From Candidatus Heimdallarchaeota archaeon (lineage in GTDB: Archaea; Asgardarchaeota; Heimdallarchaeia; Heimdallarchaeales; Heimdallarchaeaceae), in contig DAOVET010000003.1 in assembly GCA_030668825.1 (NCBI GenBank), positions 11,047-75,046 on the forward strand: 64,000 bases of DNA, written 5' to 3'. Shown in pieces: positions 49,294 through 58,967 of the stretch. The notes beneath the pieces are model-generated. The model made no database searches. It was not told the DNA's origin and saw nothing but the letters and a program-made list of their open reading frames with translations. Both the position numbers and the translations under genes were made by a program. Positions within the stretch are counted from its first letter, which is position 1. Each line of letters begins with the position of its first letter.

Positions 49294-50036
49294 CCAAGGG
49301 CGGTGGAAAAAGACATCTGAAGAGATACGTTGTATCAAAACATGTCCCCATCAGTAAAAAAACTGATAAATACGCTGTCAGACCTTCCCCTGGTCCTCAT
49401 GCAGCTTATGATTGTATTCCTGTAGCTATTCTACTAAGAGATATGTTCCATTTTGCACGAAACATGAGCGAAGTTAAACGTATTCTCCATGAAAGAAATG
49501 TTGTCGTTGATGGTAGAGTTAAAACAAACAGAAAATACCCTCTAGGGTTTATGGATGTTTTATCTTTACCCAAAATGCAAAGGCACTATAGGATGATTTA
49601 CACAATTAAGAAAGGATTAAGAGCTATCCCAATAGATGAAAGCGAAACAACTGAAAAACTGTGTCAAATAAAGAACAAAACCACAATTAAAGATGGTTTA
49701 ATACAACTAAATTTACATGACGGAAGAAATATAGTTCTTAGCAAAGAAGAAAAAACTAATTCAACTTATGCTACTCATGATACCATAAAAATTTCTCTAC
49801 CTGAACAAAAGATTCTAGAGAAATTTGAGCTTAAAGTAGGAACATATGGATTTGTTACTAGTGGAAGATGGATGGGTAGGCATGGTGCTATTGAAGAAAT
49901 TAGTGCTCATGGAACTAAGAAAACAAAAACTGTTACCCTTAGTACTCCTGATGGTGAAAAAATAGTCACACTTTACAGATATATTTTTGTTGTAGGGGAT
50001 CAATCTCCAAGTGTGACAATTGAAGGTAAGAAGTAG
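49290..50036 (+). CDS. rps4e: 30S ribosomal protein eS4
   Basis: RHLKR, RPSPGPH, VDGRV, GFMDV, QLNLHDGRN. Confidence 0.97.
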   Translation: MTKGGGKRHLKRYVVSKHVPISKKTDKYAVRPSPGPHAAYDCIPVAILLRDMFHFARNMSEVKRILHERNVVVDGRVKTNRKYPLGFMDVLSLPKMQRHYRMIYTIKKGLRAIPIDESETTEKLCQIKNKTTIKDGLIQLNLHDGRNIVLSKEEKTNSTYATHDTIKISLPEQKILEKFELKVGTYGFVTSGRWMGRHGAIEEISAHGTKKTKTVTLSTPDGEKIVTLYRYIFVVGDQSPSVTIEGKK

Positions 50037-50043
50037 GTGATGA

Positions 50044-50613
50044 TTGATGACAGAAGAAGTAATGGAACAAACACAATTTGAGCCTAAATTTGCTGAAGAA
50101 TGGAAGAAGAATCCAATGAAAAAGCCAAAGCTAAAAGCTCTTATCGTCAATACATGTGTCGGTGAATCAGGTCCAAAGTATGAACGTTCAAAGGAAATTC
50201 TAAGACAGATAACTAATAGAGAGCCTGTTGATAGGCAAGCAAAAGAATCTATCAGAGGTTTTAACATCAGAAAAGGTGAACCAATTGCTTCACTTGTAAC
50301 TCTGAGGGGAGATGAAGCTGGTAAAGCCTTGAAACGATTTCTGTATGCATATGATTACGAAATTAAGCATTCATCTTTTGATGAACAAGGTAATTTTGCT
50401 TTTGGAATAACAGAACATGTTGATATTGAGGATGCACCATTTGATCCTATGTTAGGAACTATTGGTTTTAATGTAGTTGTTAAAATTGAAAGAGCTGGAT
50501 ATAGACTCAAATATCGCCAAAGAAAAAGACAAAGTATCCCAAAAAAGCACTTTATAAGTCCTGAAGAAGCCATGGAATATCTAGTGACAGAATTTGGGCT
50601 GAAGATAATTTAG
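50044..50613 (+). CDS. rpl5: 50S ribosomal protein uL5
   Basis: NPM, VGESG, FNIRKGEPI, VTLRG, GNFAFGI.EH. Confidence 0.97.
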   Translation: MMTEEVMEQTQFEPKFAEEWKKNPMKKPKLKALIVNTCVGESGPKYERSKEILRQITNREPVDRQAKESIRGFNIRKGEPIASLVTLRGDEAGKALKRFLYAYDYEIKHSSFDEQGNFAFGITEHVDIEDAPFDPMLGTIGFNVVVKIERAGYRLKYRQRKRQSIPKKHFISPEEAMEYLVTEFGLKII

Positions 50614-50622
50614 GTGACGGAA

Positions 50623-50790
50623 ATGCAAGAGAAAAGAGAAATTAAATATGGTAAAGGCTCAAGACGATGCAGACGTTGTGGTACTCATCAAGCTATTATA
50701 AGACGAGGAGGACTATATGTTTGTAGACGATGCATTAGAGAAATATACGCCAAAATAGGTTTCAAGAAAACCGGCGGTAGAGGAGGATAA
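50623..50790 (+). CDS. rps14: 30S ribosomal protein uS14, Zn-binding type (55 aa; not in ORF track)
   Basis: Manual translation MQEKREIKYGKGSRRCRRCGTHQAIIRRGGLYVCRRCIREIYAKIGFKKTGGRGG; between rpl5 and rps8. Confidence 0.96.
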   Translation: MQEKREIKYGKGSRRCRRCGTHQAIIRRGGLYVCRRCIREIYAKIGFKKTGGRGG

Positions 50791-50805
50791 GGAGGTAATA
50801 TAAAA

Positions 50806-51195
50806 ATGCAAATGGATACACTAGCAGATGCCTTAACATCGATTCTGAATGCTGAAAAAACTGGAAAGAAAACCGTCACGGTCAAACCTGCAAGTAAAAT
50901 AATTGCTAATGTTTTGCGAACAGTTCAAAGAGCAGGATATCTAGGAGAACTAGAATATATCGAAAATAACAGAGGGGGAATGTTCGACATCCAACTTTTA
51001 GGTCGTATAAACAAGTGCGGTGTTATTAAACCTCGTTTTCCAATCCAAAAAGATAAATTTGAGGATGAAGAACGTGCGTTTCTTCCCGCAAGAGGATTCG
51101 GTATACTTGTAGTCACTACCTCAGAAGGCGTTATGACACACGAAGATGCAAAAGAGAAAAACATCGGTGGTCGTTTATTGGCTTACATATACTAG
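50806..51195 (+). CDS. rps8: 30S ribosomal protein uS8
   Basis: DTLADAL, LLGRINKCGVIKPRF, TTSEGVMTH, GGRLLAYIY. Confidence 0.98.
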   Translation: MQMDTLADALTSILNAEKTGKKTVTVKPASKIIANVLRTVQRAGYLGELEYIENNRGGMFDIQLLGRINKCGVIKPRFPIQKDKFEDEERAFLPARGFGILVVTTSEGVMTHEDAKEKNIGGRLLAYIY

Positions 51196-51205
51196 GGCGA
51201 TTAAA

Positions 51206-51757
51206 ATGAAACAGTTATACATCAAAAGAAGTATCGAACTTCCTGAAGATTTGAAGATAACCGTTAAAGATCGGCATGTAACTGTTGAAGGACCTAAAGG
51301 TACTTTGACAAGAAACTTTGATCCAACTGATGTCGAAATTACAAAGAAAGGCAAAAAAGTTGATATCAAAGCTTATTATATAAACAAAAAACGAAAAGCA
51401 TCAACCCTTGCAGTAGTTGGGTACATAAACAACATGGTCAAGGGCGTAATGCAGGGTTATACATACAAATCTAAGATTGTTTTTAGTCATTTTCCTTTGA
51501 CAGTTGAACCAGACAATAAGAAGAAAATTATAACCATCAAGAATTTGTATGGTGGTCGTAAGCACATAGTTGTTCCTATAGTCGGTCCTGAAACTACAGT
51601 TAAAGTTGACAAAGATGATGTCATCATCGAAGGTATTGATAAAGAAGCAGTAGGTCAAACAACAGCTAATATGCAAGAAGCATGTAGGTTAAGGGGTAAA
51701 AGAAAGAAAGATCCAGAAACCTTCATGGATGGCATTTGGCTATGGGATAAAGAATAA
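51206..51757 (+). CDS. rpl6: 50S ribosomal protein uL6 (start MKQLY at 51206)
   Basis: VEGPKG.L.R.F, NMVKGV, SHFP, GIDKEAVGQT, FMDGI. Confidence 0.97.
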   Translation: MKQLYIKRSIELPEDLKITVKDRHVTVEGPKGTLTRNFDPTDVEITKKGKKVDIKAYYINKKRKASTLAVVGYINNMVKGVMQGYTYKSKIVFSHFPLTVEPDNKKKIITIKNLYGGRKHIVVPIVGPETTVKVDKDDVIIEGIDKEAVGQTTANMQEACRLRGKRKKDPETFMDGIWLWDKE

Positions 51758-51947
51758 TCCCTTCTTTTTTATTTTTCATTTTTAATACTTTATTTAATTT
51801 CTAATACTTCTAAATTTGAATGTGAATTTTATTATTATGATTTTTTAGGGAGCTTTGTGATTCCGTTCTAGAATTTCTTAACGATAAAAAGTATTAAAAA
51901 CACCAGAAAGTAGGTAGCATAATTACAAAGGTAACATTCTACCGTGA

Positions 51948-52481
51948 GTGCCTATGACAGTCAATAAAAAACGATTGTTGGAAAAACGAAAAAAAATCAA
52001 TGCTCGTAGACCTAACTTTGTACGTCAAGAAAGTTGGCGCTACAATAGAGTCAAGAAAAGTTGGCGAAAGCCCAAGGGTATTGATAATAAAATGAAAGAA
52101 AAACGCAAAGGTGTTCCTGCAATGGTCAGCGTTGGTTATAGAGGACCAAAAGCTGTCAGAGGTCTGCATCCTTCGGGTTATCAGGTAGTTCATGTTGCTA
52201 ATATCTACGAACTTGATAAAGTAGATAAAGAGGCTGAAGCAGTAATTATTAAACACACTGTGGGGTCTCGAAAAAGGCAAACAATTCTCGACACAGCAGC
52301 AGATTTGGGTTTGAAAGTACTGAATCCACCAGCTCGAATTGAAGAGTTTGGTGAAGTACTCGAAGATACTATGCTCGAGGAAGAGTATGAACTATTAGAT
52401 GAAGATTTCGAATTGGATGAAGATTTCGAGTTGGACGAAGACCTTGAAAAAGATGAAGAGTCAAAAGATGATTCTTCATAG
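51948..52481 (+). CDS. rpl32e: 50S ribosomal protein eL32 with acidic tail
   Basis: FVRQES, WRKPKGIDNK, GYRGP..VRGLHPSG. Confidence 0.97.
   Translation: MPMTVNKKRLLEKRKKINARRPNFVRQESWRYNRVKKSWRKPKGIDNKMKEKRKGVPAMVSVGYRGPKAVRGLHPSGYQVVHVANIYELDKVDKEAEAVIIKHTVGSRKRQTILDTAADLGLKVLNPPARIEEFGEVLEDTMLEEEYELLDEDFELDEDFELDEDLEKDEESKDDSS
52398..52451 (+). repeat. 18-bp tandem repeat x3 in the eL32 tail (DEDFEL DEDFEL DEDLEK)
   Basis: gatgaagatttcgaattg gatgaagatttcgagttg gacgaagaccttgaaaaa. Confidence 0.85.
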
Positions 52482-52507
52482 AACAAAACTAACGTGAGGT
52501 TAAGTTT

Positions 52508-52972
52508 ATGGACGTAAAAACTCAAAGAAAAATAGCTGCTAAAGTATTAAAGGTCGGTGTTAACAGAGTTATAATCGAACCTGATAGTTTAAGTGATGTT
52601 GCTTTAGCGATTACTAGAGAGGATATTAGACGTCATATAGATGACGGCGATATCAGAAAAAGAAAGGTTAAAGGAGTTAGTAGAGGGAGAGCAAAAGCTG
52701 TTGCGGCTAAGAAGAGAAAGGGTCAAAGAATTGGTCCCGGTAGTCGTAAAGGTTCTAAATACTCTCGTCTTTCTGGTAAAGACAGATGGATCTCAAAAAT
52801 ACGAGCTCAACGAAAATACCTTAAAAACCTTAGAGATGAAGGATATATTGATACTTTAAATTACAGAAAGTTATATCTCCAAACTAAAGGTGGCCTTTTC
52901 CGCTCTGTACGCTATCTTCGAAATTATATTGCTGAACATGGTTTAGCAAAGAAACGTCTTCCTGAATTATAA
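52508..52972 (+). CDS. rpl19e: 50S ribosomal protein eL19
   Basis: QRKIAAKVL, AITREDIR, GPGSRKG, YRKLY..KGG. Confidence 0.97.
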   Translation: MDVKTQRKIAAKVLKVGVNRVIIEPDSLSDVALAITREDIRRHIDDGDIRKRKVKGVSRGRAKAVAAKKRKGQRIGPGSRKGSKYSRLSGKDRWISKIRAQRKYLKNLRDEGYIDTLNYRKLYLQTKGGLFRSVRYLRNYIAEHGLAKKRLPEL

Positions 52973-52986
52973 TAAGGTGATAAAAG

Positions 52987-53628
52987 ATGTCAAGAAGAAG
53001 CAGAAAGGGTTATAAAAAGAAAAGGAAGCTGCAGCCAAAGCGTCAAAGATATGGACCACTCTATAGAGTTCCATTTAGAAGACGCCGAGAAATGAAAACA
53101 GATTATAGGCAAAGAAAAAGACTCTTAAAATCTGGCAAAATTCGATTTGTAGCAAGGCCTTCGAATAAGCAAGTTTTGGTTCAGTTCGTTGAATCAAAAA
53201 TAGGCGGCGATCAAACTTTTGTTCAAGTAAGATCAAATGAATTGAAGAATCATGGGTGGGATATAGCTACTTCAAATCTACCTGCAGCTTATCTTACTGG
53301 CTATCTAGCTGGTAAAAAAGCTCTAAAATCTAAAATTAAATCAGCAATTTTTGATGTTGGTACATTTGCTGTAAATCCTGGAACAAGAATGTTTGCTACT
53401 CTCAAGGGAGTAGTGGATGCAGGTGTAGCAATTCCATACAATGATAAAATGATACCTTCTGAAGATAGAATCAGAGGAGAACACATCCAATCTTATGCCA
53501 AATTATTAGCTAAAGAAGATAAGGAGAAGTACAGTAAACTCTTTTCTAAATATCTCAAAGTTAATAAGAAGCCTGAGAATTTACCCTCGCTTTTCGATGA
53601 GGTAAAAGCTAAGATTGATAAATTATAA
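52987..53628 (+). CDS. rpl18: 50S ribosomal protein uL18, with basic N-terminal extension
   Basis: YRVPFRRRRE.KTDY, NLPAAYLTG, GVVDAG, RIRGEHI. Confidence 0.97.
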   Translation: MSRRSRKGYKKKRKLQPKRQRYGPLYRVPFRRRREMKTDYRQRKRLLKSGKIRFVARPSNKQVLVQFVESKIGGDQTFVQVRSNELKNHGWDIATSNLPAAYLTGYLAGKKALKSKIKSAIFDVGTFAVNPGTRMFATLKGVVDAGVAIPYNDKMIPSEDRIRGEHIQSYAKLLAKEDKEKYSKLFSKYLKVNKKPENLPSLFDEVKAKIDKL

Positions 53629-53642
53629 TGAGGTAGATAAAA

Positions 53643-54281
53643 ATGAGTAGAGATATGTTTTTAGATTTAGATGCATGGGAACCTCGAACAAGAGTAGGGA
53701 GATTAGTTAAAGAAGGTAGAATTTCAAGCATCGACGAAATATTCCAACAGGGATTACCTCTGGTGGAATCTGAAATCATTGATATGTTGTTCGGTGATAC
53801 TCTTGAGGATGATGTGGTTGATATTAGTCTTGTTCAGAGACAAACAGACGCTGGTAGAAAACGCAAATTCCGTGCAACTGTTGTTGTAGGAAATCGTAAT
53901 GGTTACGTTGGTGTTGGAGAAGCTAAGCTAAAAGAAATCGGTCCCGCTATCAAAAAGGCCATAGTCAATGCTAAATTAAATATTAGGCCTGTAAGACGAG
54001 GATGTGGATCATGGGAATGCTCATGCGGAACTCAACATACAGTACCTTTCAAGGTTACTGGAAAAGTAGGGTCAACTAAAGTTATACTTTATCCTGCACC
54101 ACGAGGTTTAGGTCTAGTAGTTGGAAATACTGCTAAAACCGTTCTAGAATTAGCTGGAATATCCGATGTGTGGAGTAAGACCTTTGGTGAAACTCGTACT
54201 ACCTCAAACTTTGCTAAATCAACTTTTGAGGCATTAAAAAATAGTTATTCCATTATGGCTCCATATGATTGGACAAGATAG
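53643..54281 (+). CDS. rps5: 30S ribosomal protein uS5
   Basis: [33 protein letters not shown]. Confidence 0.98.
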   Translation: MSRDMFLDLDAWEPRTRVGRLVKEGRISSIDEIFQQGLPLVESEIIDMLFGDTLEDDVVDISLVQRQTDAGRKRKFRATVVVGNRNGYVGVGEAKLKEIGPAIKKAIVNAKLNIRPVRRGCGSWECSCGTQHTVPFKVTGKVGSTKVILYPAPRGLGLVVGNTAKTVLELAGISDVWSKTFGETRTTSNFAKSTFEALKNSYSIMAPYDWTR

Positions 54282-54294
54282 GAAAGTGAGAGAA

Positions 54295-54783
54295 ATGAGT
54301 CAAACTAAAGATAAACCAGAATTATTGGCAGTTATTCGATTAAGAGGAACAATTAATGTTCATTATAATGTTCGTGAAACTCTGAAGATGTTAAATGTTA
54401 GACGAAGCAACTATATGACTCTTGTTCCTAACACTCCTTCATATGTGGGTATGCTCAAAAAAGCTAAAGATTACCTGACATGGGGCGAAGTTAGTCAAGA
54501 GGCATTGGAACACGTTCTTACTAAGAGAGGAGAAATACCTGGTAGAACTAAAATTTCTAACAAATATCTGAAAGAAAATTCCTCCTACACAACAATCAAA
54601 GCACTTTCCAAAGCATTAGTTAATGGAGAAACAAGCTTAGGTGATATAACTGGGTTGAAAAAATTCTTCAGACTACATCCTGCATCAAAAGGATATAAAT
54701 CCATGAAACGCGGTTTTGCAGAAGGCGGAGATTTGGGATATAGAGGAAATACAATCAACGAGTTAATAATAAGGATGTCGTGA
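54295..54783 (+). CDS. rpl30: 50S ribosomal protein uL30 (archaeal long form)
   Basis: AVIRLRG, TLKML, YLTWGE, FRLHP, GDLGYRG. Confidence 0.96.
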   Translation: MSQTKDKPELLAVIRLRGTINVHYNVRETLKMLNVRRSNYMTLVPNTPSYVGMLKKAKDYLTWGEVSQEALEHVLTKRGEIPGRTKISNKYLKENSSYTTIKALSKALVNGETSLGDITGLKKFFRLHPASKGYKSMKRGFAEGGDLGYRGNTINELIIRMS

Positions 54784-55232
54784 TGTTAATGACAGTAAGA
54801 AAAAGAAAAAAGGTTAGAAGAGAACGTGGATACCGTACTCATGGCTGGGGAATTGTAAGAACCCACAGAGGAAGTGGTATGCGTGGTGGAGTTGGTAAAG
54901 CTGCCCCTATGTCACATCATTGGATTCAAACAGTTAAGGGACTTCGTCCTCCTGTTGGAAAAAAAGGTTTTGTTCGTCCTCCTGCCGTAACTGAGAAGAC
55001 CCATCAAATTAACATTTCTCATCTTGAAGCTATGATCCCCTCATTGTTAAATGAAGGATTAGTAGTTAAGAAAGGAGAAAAATTTGAGATAAAACTGGAA
55101 GAACTTGGTTATACTAAATTACTTGCTCAAGGTAATATAACTCTCCCAATGAGCATAACAGTTAATAAAGCATCTGAGAAAGCAATTGCCAAAATCAAAA
55201 AAGCTGGCGGTAAAGTAAACCTAATAGAATAG
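54780..55232 (+). CDS. rpl15: 50S ribosomal protein uL15
   Basis: RG.RTHGWG, RGGVGKA, GKKGF, KLLAQG, KIKKAGG. Confidence 0.97.
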   Translation: MMLMTVRKRKKVRRERGYRTHGWGIVRTHRGSGMRGGVGKAAPMSHHWIQTVKGLRPPVGKKGFVRPPAVTEKTHQINISHLEAMIPSLLNEGLVVKKGEKFEIKLEELGYTKLLAQGNITLPMSITVNKASEKAIAKIKKAGGKVNLIE

Positions 55233-55346
55233 ATTCTTTACCTCTATTCCTTATTTTTTCGTTCATTTTTGAGATTTTAGCCCATTCTAATAATATTATA
55301 TCTTTTCACTATGCGAAAACCTTTTGTTTAAGTGTTCTAATCTGGG

Positions 55347-55970
55347 TTGAATAGCATGAAAGTTTTTATTCTGGTTGGTTTGCAACTGAGCGGAAAATCA
55401 TCTCATGGTCACAAATTGAGAGAAGAAGAAAATATTCCCATGATAGAAACAGGTCATGCAGTTTACCATGAGCTGAAAAGGCAGAACCTTGAGGTAAACC
55501 ATAAGAATACATCAAAAGTTATTATAGGACTTCTTTCAAGAGATCCAACAGCTTTTACTCAAACAATTTTGGAATTCGAGAAAATAAAATATGAAGACTC
55601 TTCTGTTTTGATTCTTAATGGTGTTAAATCTTCTGCAGAAATTAATTATACAAAGGACAAGTTTGGGAAGAACAATGTCTATGTTTTAGGTTTTCATGCA
55701 AGGCAACTAACTAGATTCAATAGAGTAACAAATCCCGATCGTTTTGCAGTGTCTGGAAGATATCTTGAAAAAACTCAAGAAGATCAAGATTTAGCAAAAT
55801 GGGAGAATTTCAAAAGTAGGGATGTACGTGAAATCGGTCTAGGTCTAGGTAATGCAATAGCCACAGCTAACCACATTATTGTCACTGAAGATAAAGATTG
55901 GCCTTATCATACCTTTGAAATCTCTTATAAGAATTTTAAAAAATATGTTTTAGCAAAATTAAGTGTTTAG
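55347..55970 (+). CDS. UPF0200 / dephospho-CoA kinase-like P-loop protein
   Basis: GLQLSGKS, NGVKSSAE, TRFNR, RDVREIGLGLGNAIATA. Confidence 0.75.
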   Translation: MNSMKVFILVGLQLSGKSSHGHKLREEENIPMIETGHAVYHELKRQNLEVNHKNTSKVIIGLLSRDPTAFTQTILEFEKIKYEDSSVLILNGVKSSAEINYTKDKFGKNNVYVLGFHARQLTRFNRVTNPDRFAVSGRYLEKTQEDQDLAKWENFKSRDVREIGLGLGNAIATANHIIVTEDKDWPYHTFEISYKNFKKYVLAKLSV

Positions 55971-55989
55971 ATACTTAGATATTAACCAA

Positions 55990-57000
55990 TTATTTTGCTT
56001 TTGAACTTGGGTAGGTTCCTATTGGCATAAGAACTCTCTTTACACTTGCTAAAATACCATGATCCGACCCCTTTATGCTATCAGCTGTAAGCTGCATTTC
56101 TCCTAATGCGATTAATTCATGTTTAAGTGTAAAAATACAAACTAAATCACCTTTACCAAATTTGTCAGTATATTTGGACAATCCAGGCATAGCAAGGGGT
56201 GCTCCATGACAAAGAGAATCTACCGTACTGTCTTTCACAAAGAGTTTTGGTATATGCTTGACTCCATATTCCATAGGAAGTATGATATTTCGAAGTGGGA
56301 CTTCATCCTTCTCTTCAAGATACCAACTGTACGCATCATAGAGATCTTGAAGTGTTGATAAGTGATCATCTTCAGTAAAGGGTCCAGATCTAATTCTACG
56401 TAATTCCTTCATGTGAGCGCCACAAGAGAGACTTTGACCGATATCGTGACAATACTTTCTAATGTAAGTTCCCGCTTGACAACTTGCTCTAAATAATACC
56501 TCCCTTTCTTTTATCTGAATTATCTCATTTTCGTAAATTTTTCTAATTCTCAAAACTCTTTTTACACTAGATCTTAAAGGAGGGCGTTGGTAAAGCTCCC
56601 CTAGATATTCATTCATTATGTCCTTTATTTTCTCTTCTTCAACATCTTTGTGCAATTTCATATTGCATATATATTCTTTACCTGCAAGTAATAAAGTATC
56701 TAAAATTCTTGTGGCTTTGCTAAGTGCAATTGGCAAAACACCTGTAACGTGAGGATCCAAAGTACCTGAATGACCTGCACGGGGAATATCAAGTATTTTC
56801 TTAACATAACTAACAACCTCGTGACTTGTTGGTTTAGGTGGTTTATCTAAATTTATTATGCCGTATTGTAATAGTTCTTCAACAGATCTATCTGTTGGGA
56901 TTTTACCCCATCTGAAGTTAGTTGTATCACTTGACAATTCTACTATCTTGTCATTTTCATTGTCCAAAACAATCTTTGAAGGAGTAAAAACAATTGTCAT
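55990..57000 (-). CDS. cbf5: H/ACA pseudouridine synthase Cbf5
   Basis: DKP..PTSHEV, GHSGTLDP, QRPPLRSSVKR, AGTYIRK, PUA domain. Confidence 0.97.
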   Translation of the reverse strand: MTIVFTPSKIVLDNENDKIVELSSDTTNFRWGKIPTDRSVEELLQYGIINLDKPPKPTSHEVVSYVKKILDIPRAGHSGTLDPHVTGVLPIALSKATRILDTLLLAGKEYICNMKLHKDVEEEKIKDIMNEYLGELYQRPPLRSSVKRVLRIRKIYENEIIQIKEREVLFRASCQAGTYIRKYCHDIGQSLSCGAHMKELRRIRSGPFTEDDHLSTLQDLYDAYSWYLEEKDEVPLRNIILPMEYGVKHIPKLFVKDSTVDSLCHGAPLAMPGLSKYTDKFGKGDLVCIFTLKHELIALGEMQLTADSIKGSDHGILASVKRVLMPIGTYPSSKAK

Positions 57001-57053
57001 ATTTCACCAACTATTGAAAAAAGGAAGATATTAAGTTTGAGGAAAAAGTAAAC

Positions 57054-57329
57054 TTAAGGAATTATAATTTCTTCCATAAATTTCTTCAATTTTGCAGTTT
57101 CAATGGCTGCAGCGACTTCTTCATCTGTTGCATCTCTTTTGATTGCAACAACTTTATCTGTTGGTTCTAAATGTCTTATATTGCATTTGCGACGACGAAC
57201 TGAAGTTACTATTTTTGGTCCAGTAAGGAGAACATAGTTTTCGTTTATAATGTCGACTATTATTCCTTTCTTTCCTGCTTCTCTTCCATTTGTCTTAACA
57301 ATAACTCTTCCTACTTGAATTGCTGTCAT
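57054..57329 (-). CDS. rpl14e: 50S ribosomal protein eL14
   Basis: VGRV.VK..GREAGKK, TGP, RRRKCNIRHLEPT. Confidence 0.96.
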   Translation of the reverse strand: MTAIQVGRVIVKTNGREAGKKGIIVDIINENYVLLTGPKIVTSVRRRKCNIRHLEPTDKVVAIKRDATDEEVAAAIETAKLKKFMEEIIIP

Positions 57330-57871
57330 TCTTTTTCACCTTTTAATTTTCTATTAAGCGCAGTCAAAATTATTTCAACACATTCAAAGGCGTTGAATTT
57401 CTGTGAATTAATTATCAGATCATAGATAGTTAAGTCAGTGATATCGATTTTATACAGTTTTTGATATCTGTTTTTTTCAGATTCTTCTCTAACCTTTGTT
57501 TCTTTAATAATAATTTCAACTGTTTTGTTTTCTCTTTCAGATATTCTTTGAATTCTTAAATCAAACGGAGCTGTAATATAAATGAGTATATCTGCTTCGT
57601 TTTTAAGCATCCATCCTCCTAATTGTGCGTCAATAACTATATTGTCTCTTGTTTGACCCAATTCTAATGTTTTATCATCAATATATTTGTCAATCTCTTC
57701 TTTTAGTTCAGCTCGTTTACTGAATTCTTCAAGACTCATATTTTCTTTTTTTGCCATATCTCTAAACAGTTCACCAGCTGATACGTACTCATATCCTAAA
57801 CTCTCCGCAACTTTCCTAGCAGCAGTGCTTTTTCCGGAACCGTGCGGACCTGAAACTGCGATAACTGGCAA
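57326..57871 (-). CDS. cmk: Cytidylate kinase (archaeal type)
   Basis: SGPHGSGKST, SAGELFR, RE.SE..RY..LY.ID, YDLIIN. Confidence 0.93.
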   Translation of the reverse strand: MPVIAVSGPHGSGKSTAARKVAESLGYEYVSAGELFRDMAKKENMSLEEFSKRAELKEEIDKYIDDKTLELGQTRDNIVIDAQLGGWMLKNEADILIYITAPFDLRIQRISERENKTVEIIIKETKVREESEKNRYQKLYKIDITDLTIYDLIINSQKFNAFECVEIILTALNRKLKGEKE

Positions 57872-57889
57872 TTTGCCACATCCTCAGAA

Positions 57890-58147
57890 TTAACTGCGAA
57901 CTTCTGCCTTAATTGCACTCTTTAAGCAATTTGAGCATAAATGTCCTGCATGTTGTCTTGTTGGCAAGCGTTCAGAACGAGACATTTTTCTTACTCTATT
58001 CTGACTACCAAAAGCTACTCCATGAAGGATAGCTCCACAATTAGCGCAATGTGGCTTTTTTGTTCTTTTTTCTATTCTTCTTAACTTAGTTTCAGAGGGT
58101 GTTCTTCGCTTTCTTGTTTTTGCGACACGTAATGAAGGTTTAACCAT
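57890..58147 (-). CDS. rpl34e: 50S ribosomal protein eL34
   Basis: RTPS, CANCG..LHGV, PTR..AGHLCSNC. Confidence 0.94.
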   Translation of the reverse strand: MVKPSLRVAKTRKRRTPSETKLRRIEKRTKKPHCANCGAILHGVAFGSQNRVRKMSRSERLPTRQHAGHLCSNCLKSAIKAEVRS

Positions 58148-58168
58148 TTTAATTCCTCACAGTAATTT

Positions 58169-58879
58169 TCATTCTTTTTTGGTGGTAGTTTTCTTTCTAG
58201 CTAATTGTTCTTTGGCAGATGAAATTGGTGTTTTAATCTGTTTTTCCTTAACTGTTGTTGATCTGGATTTAGCTGCTCCTGATGGAGTGACTCCAAATAT
58301 TCTGGAAATTATTGAACCAAAAGCAAAGGCAGTTATGAAATACCAAGTTGAAAAGGGAACTTTTGAGAACTTGTGTCCATTGTACACTTCTTCTCCAAAC
58401 CAAGGGTTGCTTCCTATCCATGGAAAATTTCCAATATTGAAAGGTAACCAAGCATAATAATGTGTTACTGGATTTGCTTCAGTGACAGCACCACTTGGAA
58501 AGGCACCTCGTAAAATTGCAAATATTAGCAAGAAAGGAATAGTTGTAAAAAGCATTGGCTTCATTCGTTTAAACATCATAGAGGATTGCATTTTCTTGAT
58601 TCTTTCCTCATCCCTTTTTACACTTAACCATAATTTCTTATCTGCAGTTTGCATGGCTTTCTTTCTCCTTTGGTTCCATTCATTAACTTTTTGCATACTT
58701 TCCTTTAATGCATCAACATCTGAAACTACTCTAGTTATTGTTGTTGATACAATAGCAAGTAGAACAGAAGTTAATGCGATGATCCACGCCGAAGTAGGTC
58801 TTTGATTGAGTCCATGTTCTATCATCCAGTTTGTTAGTCCTTTAAACCAATTGTCCCAGAAAGCCATAATTAAAACCAC
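58169..58879 (-). CDS. DUF106 / EMC3-TMCO1 (Oxa1 superfamily) membrane insertase
   Basis: TM1, coiled coil, MKPMLFTTIP, WYFITAF; synteny with rpl34e-cmk. Confidence 0.9.
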   Translation of the reverse strand: MVLIMAFWDNWFKGLTNWMIEHGLNQRPTSAWIIALTSVLLAIVSTTITRVVSDVDALKESMQKVNEWNQRRKKAMQTADKKLWLSVKRDEERIKKMQSSMMFKRMKPMLFTTIPFLLIFAILRGAFPSGAVTEANPVTHYYAWLPFNIGNFPWIGSNPWFGEEVYNGHKFSKVPFSTWYFITAFAFGSIISRIFGVTPSGAAKSRSTTVKEKQIKTPISSAKEQLARKKTTTKKE

Positions 58880-58967
58880 ATTCTATACTATACTTACACA
58901 AAAAATGATTTTCTTTTTAAAAGCTTTTGTAATTGGAGTATACTAACAATATACAATTTTTTCAAAA

